The notes beneath the pieces are model-generated. The model was not told the origin of the DNA and ran no database searches. It saw only the letters and a list, made by a program, of their open reading frames with translations. A stretch of 64,000 bases of DNA from Escherichia phage bumzen. Location of the stretch: sequence record MN850635.1, one strand, 5' to 3'. Shown one piece after another: positions 34,680 through 43,875 of this stretch. The position numbers and the translations under genes are program-made. Position 1 is the first letter of the stretch. Every line of letters starts with the position of its first letter.

Positions 34680-35066
34680 GTGGTGTGGGTCTTGATAGGC
34701 TTACATCACCTTTTTATTTGGAGTTACATTATGGACTTGTGGCTTTATGTAGCAGTTTGTGGGATTGTATGTCTGATAATCTTATTTATTCTTGGAATAA
34801 TGCGATTTAGAGACATCATACAGTCAGATTTTTTGCCTGAGTTTACCATGATAGTTGGAGTTATTACACTTTGTGTCTTGGCTGTGTTCTATTCATACAA
34901 AACTGTGATATGGATGGAGGCAAACAATTGTGTAAAAACTCATCAGCATCGTGAGGTTACTCATTTTGTGAGTGTACTTAGTGGTAGCACCACTATACTT
35001 GTCCCACAAACTTCTGTAGAGTATCTTTACACATGTGATAATGGTAAAACTATATGGTGGAATTAA
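34680..35066 (+). CDS. membrane protein
   Basis: 128 aa with several hydrophobic segments. Confidence 0.35.
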   Translation: MVWVLIGLHHLFIWSYIMDLWLYVAVCGIVCLIILFILGIMRFRDIIQSDFLPEFTMIVGVITLCVLAVFYSYKTVIWMEANNCVKTHQHREVTHFVSVLSGSTTILVPQTSVEYLYTCDNGKTIWWN

Positions 35067-35269
35067 CAATGACAACACTCTTAAAAGTATTGATACCCAT
35101 ACTACATATAGCAGTCTTCTTTTTTGGTGTTAGTGTTATGGTATGGGGATTTTCAGACCCACAATGGAGTTTCTCATATCATGGTCAGATGGATTTATGG
35201 TCATGCTTCAAACCATTTTTAGGGTTAGCTATAGCATTCAGTGCATTACCAACTAAGGTGAAATTATGA
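35054..35269 (+). CDS. small membrane protein
   Basis: 71 aa, two hydrophobic segments. Confidence 0.3.
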   Translation: MVELTMTTLLKVLIPILHIAVFFFGVSVMVWGFSDPQWSFSYHGQMDLWSCFKPFLGLAIAFSALPTKVKL

Positions 35270-35661
35270 TTAAGTTGAACCAAAAACAGTTAGAGTGGAT
35301 TAAAGATTATGCCTCAGAGTGTGGCTCTTGTGAAAAGAATCACGTAAGGTACTCAACATTCCATACGAACTTCACATTGTATATTGGTGACAATGTTCTA
35401 AGTGATTCTGTAGAAGATGGTGTAGTATTGCCTAATGAATTACTTGATAAACTAGCTGTAGTCTCTGGAACTTGGTCTGAAGAAGATGGTCACGAGCTGT
35501 CTGATGATGTTGTCTTCTACACCCTTGAAAACATCATGAACCCAGAGTACATTATGCTAATGACTTGCGCACAAGATTGTGTACCATTACAAAACTTCAT
35601 TAAAGAGCACTGTGAAGAATTTATTACTAAACAGGTTCCTTGTCAGGTGGTATTTGAATGA
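35266..35661 (+). CDS. hypothetical protein
   Basis: 131 aa ORF. Confidence 0.4.
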   Translation: MIKLNQKQLEWIKDYASECGSCEKNHVRYSTFHTNFTLYIGDNVLSDSVEDGVVLPNELLDKLAVVSGTWSEEDGHELSDDVVFYTLENIMNPEYIMLMTCAQDCVPLQNFIKEHCEEFITKQVPCQVVFE

Positions 35662-35957
35662 GTAAAACAATTCGAAGAAAAGGTTTAAAGAACGTTCATG
35701 GACTTTATGAGTGGAGAAATGAGGTACGTAACAGAGAAAATGCTTCAGAGGTCTACTACCACTCTGATATGATGTCTAGAAAAGGTGGCTCTTACGACTT
35801 CACAAGCCAGCCTTGTAGAGAGATTAAGAAGGCTACTAAACGTCTTACAAGAACACAAATAAGGCAGCTTTCTAAGACATCCTACTTAGATGAAGACTTT
35901 GACATTGATAGCAAGTCTCCAAAGAAAGCTGCTCAGAGCACTTATATGTATTGGTGA
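35658..35957 (+). CDS. hypothetical basic protein
   Basis: 99 aa ORF. Confidence 0.4.
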   Translation: MSKTIRRKGLKNVHGLYEWRNEVRNRENASEVYYHSDMMSRKGGSYDFTSQPCREIKKATKRLTRTQIRQLSKTSYLDEDFDIDSKSPKKAAQSTYMYW

Positions 35958-35966
35958 GGTAACTAG

Positions 35967-36452
35967 ATGAATTACATGGAGATTCGACCATTTGATACAG
36001 CTAATGGTGAAGGGGTTCGTGTAAGCCTCTTCGTAGCTGGCTGTAAACATCACTGTGAAGGCTGCTTTAACAGGGAGTCTTGGAAGTTTAATGCTGGTAA
36101 AGTGTTCACTTATGCAAACCTCTACGGCATCATTAAGTTAATGGATGATGATGCTGTCAGTGGGCTGTCAATACTTGGTGGAGAACCTCTGGATGATAGA
36201 AATATTCAAGAGGTTACCAACATATGCAAACGTATTAAAACCGTTTACCCAGAAAAATCTATCTGGCTCTGGACAGGTTTTCAGTTACACGAAAAAATTC
36301 ACCTAGATGTGATGAAATATGTTGACGTGGTGATTGATGGTAAGTATGATTCATCTAAACCAACAGTTAAACCATATCGTGGTTCTGATAACCAAAACCT
36401 CTGGAGAAAAGAGTATGGATGGCAAGGCGATTGTCAATGGCGAGCAGAGTGA
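35967..36452 (+). CDS. nrdG: anaerobic ribonucleotide reductase activating protein (radical SAM)
   Basis: CKHHCEGC (Cx3Cx2C) cluster near N-terminus; ~160 aa; follows nrdD region. Confidence 0.8.
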   Translation: MNYMEIRPFDTANGEGVRVSLFVAGCKHHCEGCFNRESWKFNAGKVFTYANLYGIIKLMDDDAVSGLSILGGEPLDDRNIQEVTNICKRIKTVYPEKSIWLWTGFQLHEKIHLDVMKYVDVVIDGKYDSSKPTVKPYRGSDNQNLWRKEYGWQGDCQWRAE

Positions 36453-36690
36453 TTATTCTGGCAAATGGACTTACGACATCAACAAGTTAGATGCTTGGAT
36501 GATTTATACGAGAGAAAAATTTGGTGCAAGTTCATTATGTGCTCTTGCAACGATGGTGAAGAACGTTACCTTTGACATTCATGACTCAGATAAGTTTGGA
36601 GACTTCTACAGGATTCAAAACATCAGAGAAGGCATGACTCCAATTGGTATCACTGAAGAAGAACTTCATAAGTTCTGTATTAAACTTTAA
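36334..36690 (+). CDS. hypothetical protein (start probably internal, after nrdG stop)
   Basis: ORF overlaps nrdG 3' end. Confidence 0.3.
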   Translation: MMVSMIHLNQQLNHIVVLITKTSGEKSMDGKAIVNGEQSDYSGKWTYDINKLDAWMIYTREKFGASSLCALATMVKNVTFDIHDSDKFGDFYRIQNIREGMTPIGITEEELHKFCIKL

Positions 36691-36971
36691 TGAGGGAGAC
36701 TAAAATGGGAATTTTAGGTAATATGAAAGCTGGCTTCTTGAAGGCACTGGCAAAAGCAGCAGCAATCATTTCTATGACTGGAAAGCAGGTTGGTGTAGAT
36801 GCTTCAGCAGTTGCACAAGTTCTTACAAGCCAAATTGAACAGCAACCTTACATCTACGTAGGCCGTGGCAAAGGTGGTAAAAAACAAGCACATCGACCAA
36901 CTGGTGCAGCAGCAATTAAACGTGCAGCTAAAAAAGCTCGTAACCGTAAACGTAATAAGAAGGCTAAATAA
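36690..36971 (+). CDS. small protein with highly basic C-terminal tail
   Basis: C-terminus KRAAKKARNRKRNKKAK. Confidence 0.4.
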   Translation: MRETKMGILGNMKAGFLKALAKAAAIISMTGKQVGVDASAVAQVLTSQIEQQPYIYVGRGKGGKKQAHRPTGAAAIKRAAKKARNRKRNKKAK

Positions 36972-36973
36972 TC

Positions 36974-37294
36974 ATGAGCAAAGTTTATAACACTCGCAAA
37001 TTACAGATTTTCGTACTGTGCCAGTTTATGGCTAAAGAATACAACTTCTACTATTGCGGCACAGGTTTTATTAGCGACGATGATGGTTCATACCTACCAT
37101 TCAAAGAAGCTGTAAAACTCTTTAATGAAGAGAAAAGCTCTAAGAAAGATATTGAAAAGGTTAAGCTAACTTACAGTAAGAAAGATAAGAAGATTATCTG
37201 CCTAGATAACTTTGTAAAAGTTACTGGAGAAGCAAAAGAGTTTATGGATGAGAGTGAGATTTCATTCACAAGCATCTTGAAAGTAGCTCAGTAA
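36974..37294 (+). CDS. hypothetical protein
   Basis: 106 aa ORF. Confidence 0.4.
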   Translation: MSKVYNTRKLQIFVLCQFMAKEYNFYYCGTGFISDDDGSYLPFKEAVKLFNEEKSSKKDIEKVKLTYSKKDKKIICLDNFVKVTGEAKEFMDESEISFTSILKVAQ

Positions 37295-37306
37295 ACAGAT
37301 ACTATA

Positions 37307-37335
37307 AGGGAACTGTAAAGGTTCCCTTTTTATTT
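37307..37335 (+). terminator. rho-independent terminator
   Basis: agggaac-tgtaaag-gttccct then ttttatttt. Confidence 0.65.
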
Positions 37336-37345
37336 TGGAGATGAT

Positions 37346-37861
37346 ATGTATCTGTCAAACCTAAAACGTTCTGCTGCAATGTCAGTGCTAAGACTCAGCT
37401 TTGAGGAACGTCAAGAGTTCATTGACTCCCACCAATACGACCCTTCTAACTCCAATCACATGATTCTCTGGAATCGTGGCAGTACTCGTGAAAGAGCACT
37501 ATTCCGTTACTACCCGCATTACACCATAGATAACCTGTATGAATGTTTTGTTGTGAAGAACACCATTACAGTACTTAATAGACTTTGCAGATACACAGGT
37601 AGTCAATCCTTCACATTAGGCCACCACAAACCTGTTACAAAGGGTGGTGAGCATCACTGTGCAAACTGGTTTATCCAGACTAAACTTGATAATCAGAATC
37701 AAGGAGATAGCCTTCTAAGCACCCCTAAGATGACCTATGAAGAGCAAGAGAAATATATCAAAAATAATATGCCAGAGGTGCTTGACAACAACTATACAGA
37801 TTTGGCAATATCTCTCCTGTTGAAGTTCGAGACAGTTTATAGGGCAACTTACAATGGCTAA
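37346..37861 (+). CDS. HNH endonuclease
   Basis: GHHKPVTKGGEHHCANWFIQTKLDNQNQG matches the HH...N...N pattern of HNH nucleases. Confidence 0.5.
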   Translation: MYLSNLKRSAAMSVLRLSFEERQEFIDSHQYDPSNSNHMILWNRGSTRERALFRYYPHYTIDNLYECFVVKNTITVLNRLCRYTGSQSFTLGHHKPVTKGGEHHCANWFIQTKLDNQNQGDSLLSTPKMTYEEQEKYIKNNMPEVLDNNYTDLAISLLLKFETVYRATYNG

Positions 37862-38132
37862 AGAGAAGTGGGAAATTTTACCATTAGTGAGTGAAGGTGG
37901 TAATGGTTGTGAGATGTACATGATACGTGGTCATGTTCCAGAACCAATTGCACTTGAGATGGTAAACAATTTTACAGATGGCTCTTACAAAGATTTAGGA
38001 GAGCCAACTATAAAGCATCAATGGGTCAAACCTGTACCAGACAGCACAGGTAACTGTAGTGTACTTTATCACGTTGTAGACCCTGCAAAATGCAAATCTG
38101 CAATGGCAGTAACAAACATAACCTTTGATTGA
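37854..38132 (+). CDS. hypothetical protein
   Basis: 92 aa ORF. Confidence 0.35.
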   Translation: MAKEKWEILPLVSEGGNGCEMYMIRGHVPEPIALEMVNNFTDGSYKDLGEPTIKHQWVKPVPDSTGNCSVLYHVVDPAKCKSAMAVTNITFD

Positions 38133-38145
38133 GAGAGAGAAAACT

Positions 38146-39027
38146 ATGAAAACTGTTATTGAAGTCGTTGTCACCGCACAAGAGAAATTCTTCCACACAG
38201 AAAAATTTAATATCATCCAATTCCCATCTGGAGAAATTGGTGGAAACTTCTCTGAAGATTTTGTTAAGTTTACTGAGCGTAATGCTGGTAAGATTGACAA
38301 TGTTATACTTACTGTGCAGGGATATGATAAAGATACACTGTTTGCATTAGCTTTGGCTAAGGATGCCGTTGACAGTCTTGTTCCACATAAATCAGCGATG
38401 AAAACCGTTGTTTTCGGGTTCTTACCGAATGCTCGATATGACCGACATATGTTCAAAGGTGATTCAGCAGCACTGAAAGCTTTTGCCAACCTCGTTAATG
38501 CAATGGGCTTTGATGCAGTATGTGCTCTTGACCCTCACAGCAATGTTGCAGAAAACTTATTTAAGTGCTTTCAGGGCATGAAGCAAAAAGATGTAGCAGC
38601 ACACTTTGCAAGTGACCCACGCATTGATTTCTTGGTAGCCCCAGATGCAGGTGCAGCTAAGAAGACTGAAGAGACTGCTAAAGAGGTGGATAAACCATAT
38701 ATCACAATGTCTAAAATGCGTAACCTTAAGACTGGTGAAATTACTGGTATGCGAATCCTTGATGATGTTGATTTGACCGATAAAACTGTTATGATTCTCG
38801 ACGATATCTGTGATGGCGGTCGAACCTTCATAGAAGCAGCTAAACATCTTCGTGAAGCAGGTGCAAAACGTGTGGAACTCTATGTAACTCATGGCATTTT
38901 CTCTAAAGGTGTTGAAAGCTTACTTGACAATGGTATTGACCATATCTACACTACAAACACTTTAGGTGAAGCTAAAGACCGTGGCTTAACACATTATGGC
39001 CAAGTTACTGTAGCAACCATTGATTGA
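38146..39027 (+). CDS. ribose-phosphate pyrophosphokinase family protein (Prs-like; possible ADPR-pyrophosphate synthetase of NARP1)
   Basis: PRPP-binding signature VMILDDICDGGRT; start set at first ATG (track ORF begins 38125). Confidence 0.75.
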   Translation: MKTVIEVVVTAQEKFFHTEKFNIIQFPSGEIGGNFSEDFVKFTERNAGKIDNVILTVQGYDKDTLFALALAKDAVDSLVPHKSAMKTVVFGFLPNARYDRHMFKGDSAALKAFANLVNAMGFDAVCALDPHSNVAENLFKCFQGMKQKDVAAHFASDPRIDFLVAPDAGAAKKTEETAKEVDKPYITMSKMRNLKTGEITGMRILDDVDLTDKTVMILDDICDGGRTFIEAAKHLREAGAKRVELYVTHGIFSKGVESLLDNGIDHIYTTNTLGEAKDRGLTHYGQVTVATID

Positions 39028-39036
39028 AACTTTATA

Positions 39037-39058
39037 GGGGCTTGAAAGCCCCATTTTG
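39037..39058 (+). other. GC hairpin (ggggcttgaaagcccc) between Prs-like and NAMPT-like genes
   Basis: Perfect 6 bp stem followed by attttg; weak terminator or attenuator/processing site. Confidence 0.4.
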
Positions 39059-39072
39059 AGAGAGATTAAAAG

Positions 39073-40854
39073 ATGACTAAATCACTTTATGCAGTACCAG
39101 CAGGTTTAAACGCAGATGCTTACAAATCTGGTCATGTTTACCAGTATCCTAGTGCAACAGATTACTTGATGTTCAACCTGACACCACGTAGCGACAAATG
39201 GTTTAACAGCCCTTTAGCAATTGATGGTGTAGTGGCTTTTGGTATTCAACGTTTTGTTAAAGATTACTTGATAGACCACTGGAACGCCACTTTCTTTGAA
39301 CGTGATAAAAAAGAAGCAATTGACGAAATCTTAGAAGTTATGAATGGTGTTCTGGGGAAAGATGCTATCGGTCGAGAGCATTGGGAAGCACTTCACGACT
39401 TAGGTTATCTACCAGTTGAAGTGTACGCTGTAGAAGAAGGCACAGTTGTCCCGATGCGTGTCCCAATGATTGTCTTCCAGAACACTGTTTCAGGTTTCCA
39501 TTGGGTAGCAGGTTATCTAGAAGACGCTTTCTCTGCTGAGATTTGGAAGGCTTGCACCATTGCAACTATTGCATTGCACTACAAACGTATCTGTAAGAAG
39601 TGGGCTGACCTCACTTGCGACAACGACTTGCATTTACCTTATCAGTGCCATGACTTTGCTATGCGTGGTATGTCCGGCTTTACTGATGACGCATTCAACG
39701 CTGTAGGACACTTAACCAGCTTTAAAGGGACTGATAGCTTCCCTGCTGTATACACGGCTAAACGTATCTATGGGCAGACCTATCCAATCTCTGATATTGG
39801 AAGCTCTGTACCAGCCACTGAACACTCTGTAATGTGTGCAAACATTGCTTGGGAAGGTGGTAACGAGTTGGTTGAAGAAGAAAGACGATTTAAAGGTGAG
39901 TTACAAACCTTCCGTCGTTTCTTAACAGAAACTTACCCAACTGGTATTGCAAGTATTGTTTCAGACACTTATAACTTCTGGAGAACTGTGTCAGAAATCT
40001 TACCAGCACTTCGTAAAGAAATTATGGAACGTGATGGTAAGCTGGTAATTCGCCCTGACTCTGGAGACCCTGTACATATTGTCACAGGCTATAAAGCAAT
40101 CCACTTAGAGTGTGCTAAGAAGGCTTATTATGAGCACCTAAGCAAGCTGGAAGCTAGTGACACAATGTTGAATGCTGTTCTGAACATGAAGCTTGAAAAC
40201 ATCAACTATGGTATTGCTGGATGGCTACTGTCAGAAGGCTACGAAATGGTTGTTGACAAAGAAGACTTTGAAGTTGCTGATACAGTGATGTTGAAAAATG
40301 CTTATATGGTTGGCTCTGCAAACGTTGTAACACGTCCTGTAGCAGAGATTGATGGAGCTATTAAGACCCTGTACAACATCTTCGGAGGGACTATTAACTC
40401 TAAAGGGTTTAAGGTACTGGATGAGCACATCGGCCTTATCTATGGTGACTCTATCACGCTGGAACGTGCAAACGAAATCCTGAAGCGTCTGTATGAAATG
40501 GGTTTTGCAAGCTCTAACGTAGTGTTTGGTGTAGGCTCTTACACTTACCAGTACATGACTCGTGACACCTTTGCATTTGCTGTCAAAGCAACTCTTGCAA
40601 GCATTGGTGGTAAAGAGATTATGCTTGCAAAAGACCCTAAAACAGATAGTGGTGTTAAGAAATCTGCCTTTGGTGGTGTAGCACCTATGTGGGATGGTGA
40701 TAAGCTGAAAGCTGTAGATGGCTATGGATTCCAGAGTTTTGCAGATGTACTTGACCACCAAGCTTGTGCTTTACGTTTAGTCTTTAGCGACTCTGAGCAG
40801 TTCGGTTATACAACTCTTGGAGATATTCGAAATAATATTGACAAGCAGCTTTAA
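39073..40854 (+). CDS. nicotinamide phosphoribosyltransferase family protein (NAMPT-like; possible Namat of NARP1)
   Basis: 593 aa, recognised as NAMPT/NAPRTase-type by overall sequence character; adjacent to Prs-like gene. Confidence 0.7.
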   Translation: MTKSLYAVPAGLNADAYKSGHVYQYPSATDYLMFNLTPRSDKWFNSPLAIDGVVAFGIQRFVKDYLIDHWNATFFERDKKEAIDEILEVMNGVLGKDAIGREHWEALHDLGYLPVEVYAVEEGTVVPMRVPMIVFQNTVSGFHWVAGYLEDAFSAEIWKACTIATIALHYKRICKKWADLTCDNDLHLPYQCHDFAMRGMSGFTDDAFNAVGHLTSFKGTDSFPAVYTAKRIYGQTYPISDIGSSVPATEHSVMCANIAWEGGNELVEEERRFKGELQTFRRFLTETYPTGIASIVSDTYNFWRTVSEILPALRKEIMERDGKLVIRPDSGDPVHIVTGYKAIHLECAKKAYYEHLSKLEASDTMLNAVLNMKLENINYGIAGWLLSEGYEMVVDKEDFEVADTVMLKNAYMVGSANVVTRPVAEIDGAIKTLYNIFGGTINSKGFKVLDEHIGLIYGDSITLERANEILKRLYEMGFASSNVVFGVGSYTYQYMTRDTFAFAVKATLASIGGKEIMLAKDPKTDSGVKKSAFGGVAPMWDGDKLKAVDGYGFQSFADVLDHQACALRLVFSDSEQFGYTTLGDIRNNIDKQL

Positions 40855-40869
40855 AAGTATATGATAAGA

Positions 40870-40890
40870 GGCTCCTACGGGAGCCTTTTT
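40870..40890 (+). terminator. rho-independent terminator
   Basis: ggctcc-tacg-ggagcc then ttttt. Confidence 0.7.
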
Positions 40891-40907
40891 AATTTCTGGA
40901 GAAGATT

Positions 40908-41243
40908 ATGAAAATCAAAGAAATGAACATTAACGTTGTCCTAGAAGAACGTTGGGAGAACATTAAGAAACCTGAAGATGGTAAAAAGTTCCTTAACAAA
41001 ATTTTAGTAGCAGCTAAAGAAGAACTGACTGGCAAGATTGCAGCAGCAATCACAATAAAAATCTGTGTAAAAGGTCTTCCACAACATCACCAATTTGCAC
41101 TTGACGAGTTTAAAGAAAGCTTCTACAATCCAAACAAACAGATGCTTGAAAGTAACTTTGCAGTGTCTACAAGTATCGTCCATGACAGAAGCTTTATCCT
41201 TTACAAGAATATGAGAGGTGAGTCATGCAAGCATATTGGATAG
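40908..41243 (+). CDS. hypothetical protein
   Basis: 111 aa ORF. Confidence 0.4.
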   Translation: MKIKEMNINVVLEERWENIKKPEDGKKFLNKILVAAKEELTGKIAAAITIKICVKGLPQHHQFALDEFKESFYNPNKQMLESNFAVSTSIVHDRSFILYKNMRGESCKHIG

Positions 41244-41401
41244 AAATTTTACTGTCACTTGGTAGTGTAGCAGTATTTGTTTACCTTCTTTGCAAGTACT
41301 ATGCAGAACACAAGAAGTGTGATTACTGCAACGGGGAAGGGTACACAAGAGCAGGTTGTTGCCCTATTTGTGGTGGTTCTGGTAAAATGTTTAATAAGTA
41401 A
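41225..41401 (+). CDS. small membrane protein with zinc-ribbon (below ORF-track cutoff)
   Basis: 58 codons; N-terminal TM; CDYCNGEGY...CCPICGGSG. Confidence 0.3.
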   Translation: MQAYWIEILLSLGSVAVFVYLLCKYYAEHKKCDYCNGEGYTRAGCCPICGGSGKMFNK

Positions 41402-41429
41402 TTTAACAGTAAACTAAGAGGAAAGTATT

Positions 41430-43796
41430 ATGCGCATGGTAAACGACCACGCAGAAGTGATTAAGAGTTCAACTTCTTTGGAGACATCTCAAGCACAGAT
41501 TACAATGACACCTGAAATGTTCAGCCTTTTGAGTTCAGGTGTATACACATTCAAAGAAAGGGCAGTGATTCGTGAACTGTCATGTAACGCAGTAGATGCT
41601 CAAAAAGAAGCTGGAAAAGAGAACATCCCATTCCATGTGCATTTACCTACTCGATTTGAGCCTTACTTTGAAGTCCGTGACTTTGGAACTGGTTTAACCC
41701 ATGACAAAGTAATGAGTTTGTATCTGAACTATGGGGCTTCTACGAAGAATGACTCCAATGATTACATTGGTGCAATGGGTATCGGCTCAAAATCCCCATT
41801 TGCAATTGCTCAGTCATTCACAGTATCTAGCTATGTTGATGGTGTTGTTAATAAGTACTCTGTTTACCTTGAGAATGGTATCCCTCAAGTAACTAAGCTT
41901 ACTACCAACCCAACAAATGAACCCAATGGTTTAGCTGTACGTGTGGCAGTTGCTGACCATCGTATTTCAAAGTTCTTTGAAGAGGCTGGTCACGTATACT
42001 CATACTTTGCTGTGAAACCAGAAAGTAATATTGTATATGATGACGTGTTAGCAGATATGAACGTCATTGCCCGTGAAGAGGGTGTTTATGATGCCATGAT
42101 TCATAAGCAAAGCTGGCGTTCTAGTAGTAACAGGACAGAGTTTAATGTGGTGATGGGTAACATTGCCTACCCTGTTAACATGGAAGCATTACTTGGTGAT
42201 GATTTCTTCAAAATCTTGCCAGAATTTTTCCGTAGGAGCGTAGACCTTGTAAACATCTACATGCCTATTGGTTCAGTTGCTATTGCAGCTTCTCGTGAAG
42301 CATTGCAGATGAATGACACGACAAAAAATGTTATCATTGAGGCTACTAAAAAGATAACTGAAGCAATTACAAAGGATGTTATCAAGAAAGTTAATAGCCA
42401 ACCTACACTCATGGATGCTGCACAGGCTTATGCTGAGTTACGTTTGAACTCACGAGAGATGTTTAATGCTGTGTGTCCAAAGCTAGAGTGGGGAGGTGTT
42501 AAGCTTGATTCTCTGGAAGAAGAATTACTAAACATTCGTCGTGGAATTATCTACGCAGAAGACGGCTCAGTCATCTATGAACGTGACGGCAAAGGTAATA
42601 TTAAGGTTGACAGTAAAGGAAACAACATTCCTAAAGTGGACTACCTATACAATCCAGTTGCTTATGTTAAGTTCAACTCTTTAGAGAGTAAGATTCGTGC
42701 AACAGCACTTTCCTACACTCAAGAAGCAAGCATGTTCAATATCTTTGGTGCAATGCGTAAAAGTCAAATTGAACAGTTTTTGTTCGTGATTAATGACCGT
42801 CGCAATAAAAACGGTACTGAGAAGACTGTAGGACGCAATCAAATCTTGCGTGGTGCATGTCGAGATTATGCCAGTGAGTCGAATCTGTTTCACAGATACA
42901 ATGGTATTGTGTTTGTATTCTCGACTGAAAAAGAGTTAGATGATTTAATCAATCTACATAAACTTGATAAAAGCTTGTTAAAGATTGTGAAGATGTCTGA
43001 TAAGGAACACCATTATCAGCGTAAAGAAGCTGTGAGAGGTGTTGTAAAACTCTGGAAAGCTGTTCCAGCAGAAGGTGTAGCCTCATACACAGAGGTGTCA
43101 GAAGACTTAGACACGATTGAAGAGCCTCAGCTTTATATTAAGGCAGTAGGTGACACAGTTGATGGCGAATGTTTTTGCTCATCTCCAGATGATGTAGCTA
43201 AGTCAGTTGCCAATGTCATTGGAAAGACAGTCTATGTTTTCCGAAAAGCAAATTGGAAAAAGATACCAGAAGACTGGATTGAAGTAGATGAGAAGCTCTT
43301 GAACGACAGCTTAACTGATGTTCATTGGATTAATCATAACAGGTATATGACACGCGTCTGTATGCGTGGTGTCCTAGACCTTACAAGCTGTTGGATTATT
43401 ACCAGAAACTTTACGTTCAATAACAGGAAGATTTCTGATGGTTATTGCTATTCACGGGATACAAACAAAACTATCTTCCTAGAAGGTAATGAAGATGCTG
43501 TTGAGGCAATGTTCGGTAAAATCCAATACATTGCTGCACAATTTGCATACACTTACACTATTAGTGTGTTGCAAGATTTGAAAAGGTGTCTTGATAATGA
43601 TACAAAACTTTACAAGAAAATTAAGAAAGCTGGTGACCGTATGTTTATTAAGGTAACAAACTACTTCTCAAAAAGAAAACAAGAAAACTTCTTGCTTTCT
43701 CATCTAGATTGGAATAAAGTGTCACCCGTCGAAGTAAGTAAGTTCTTAGGCTTTGATGTGAAGTGTGTCCCAGAAGGTACTACAATTTACAATTAA
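41430..43796 (+). CDS. rIIA: rIIA-like protein with GHKL-type ATPase domain
   Basis: 788 aa; RAVIRELSCNAVDA, RDFGTGLT, SNDYIGAMGIGSKSPF match remembered T4 rIIA N-terminal motifs. Confidence 0.65.
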   Translation: MRMVNDHAEVIKSSTSLETSQAQITMTPEMFSLLSSGVYTFKERAVIRELSCNAVDAQKEAGKENIPFHVHLPTRFEPYFEVRDFGTGLTHDKVMSLYLNYGASTKNDSNDYIGAMGIGSKSPFAIAQSFTVSSYVDGVVNKYSVYLENGIPQVTKLTTNPTNEPNGLAVRVAVADHRISKFFEEAGHVYSYFAVKPESNIVYDDVLADMNVIAREEGVYDAMIHKQSWRSSSNRTEFNVVMGNIAYPVNMEALLGDDFFKILPEFFRRSVDLVNIYMPIGSVAIAASREALQMNDTTKNVIIEATKKITEAITKDVIKKVNSQPTLMDAAQAYAELRLNSREMFNAVCPKLEWGGVKLDSLEEELLNIRRGIIYAEDGSVIYERDGKGNIKVDSKGNNIPKVDYLYNPVAYVKFNSLESKIRATALSYTQEASMFNIFGAMRKSQIEQFLFVINDRRNKNGTEKTVGRNQILRGACRDYASESNLFHRYNGIVFVFSTEKELDDLINLHKLDKSLLKIVKMSDKEHHYQRKEAVRGVVKLWKAVPAEGVASYTEVSEDLDTIEEPQLYIKAVGDTVDGECFCSSPDDVAKSVANVIGKTVYVFRKANWKKIPEDWIEVDEKLLNDSLTDVHWINHNRYMTRVCMRGVLDLTSCWIITRNFTFNNRKISDGYCYSRDTNKTIFLEGNEDAVEAMFGKIQYIAAQFAYTYTISVLQDLKRCLDNDTKLYKKIKKAGDRMFIKVTNYFSKRKQENFLLSHLDWNKVSPVEVSKFLGFDVKCVPEGTTIYN

Positions 43797-43801
43797 AGTG
43801 T

Positions 43802-43831
43802 TTGACAAGGGGCTTTGAAGCCCCTTAGAAT
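43802..43831 (+). promoter_or_regulatory. sigma70-like promoter with embedded GC hairpin
   Basis: TTGACA - 18 bp (aggggctttgaagcccct) - TAGAAT upstream of 43876 gene. Confidence 0.45.
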
Positions 43832-43875
43832 AACCTCACAAAATGATTTATTAACTAACAAGAGAGAGTAATAAG

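Noticed and set aside
43809-43828. Terminator call for hairpin ggggctttgaagcccc
   Set aside because: Not followed by a T-run; sits between a -35 and -10 element, so treated as promoter-embedded rather than a terminator.
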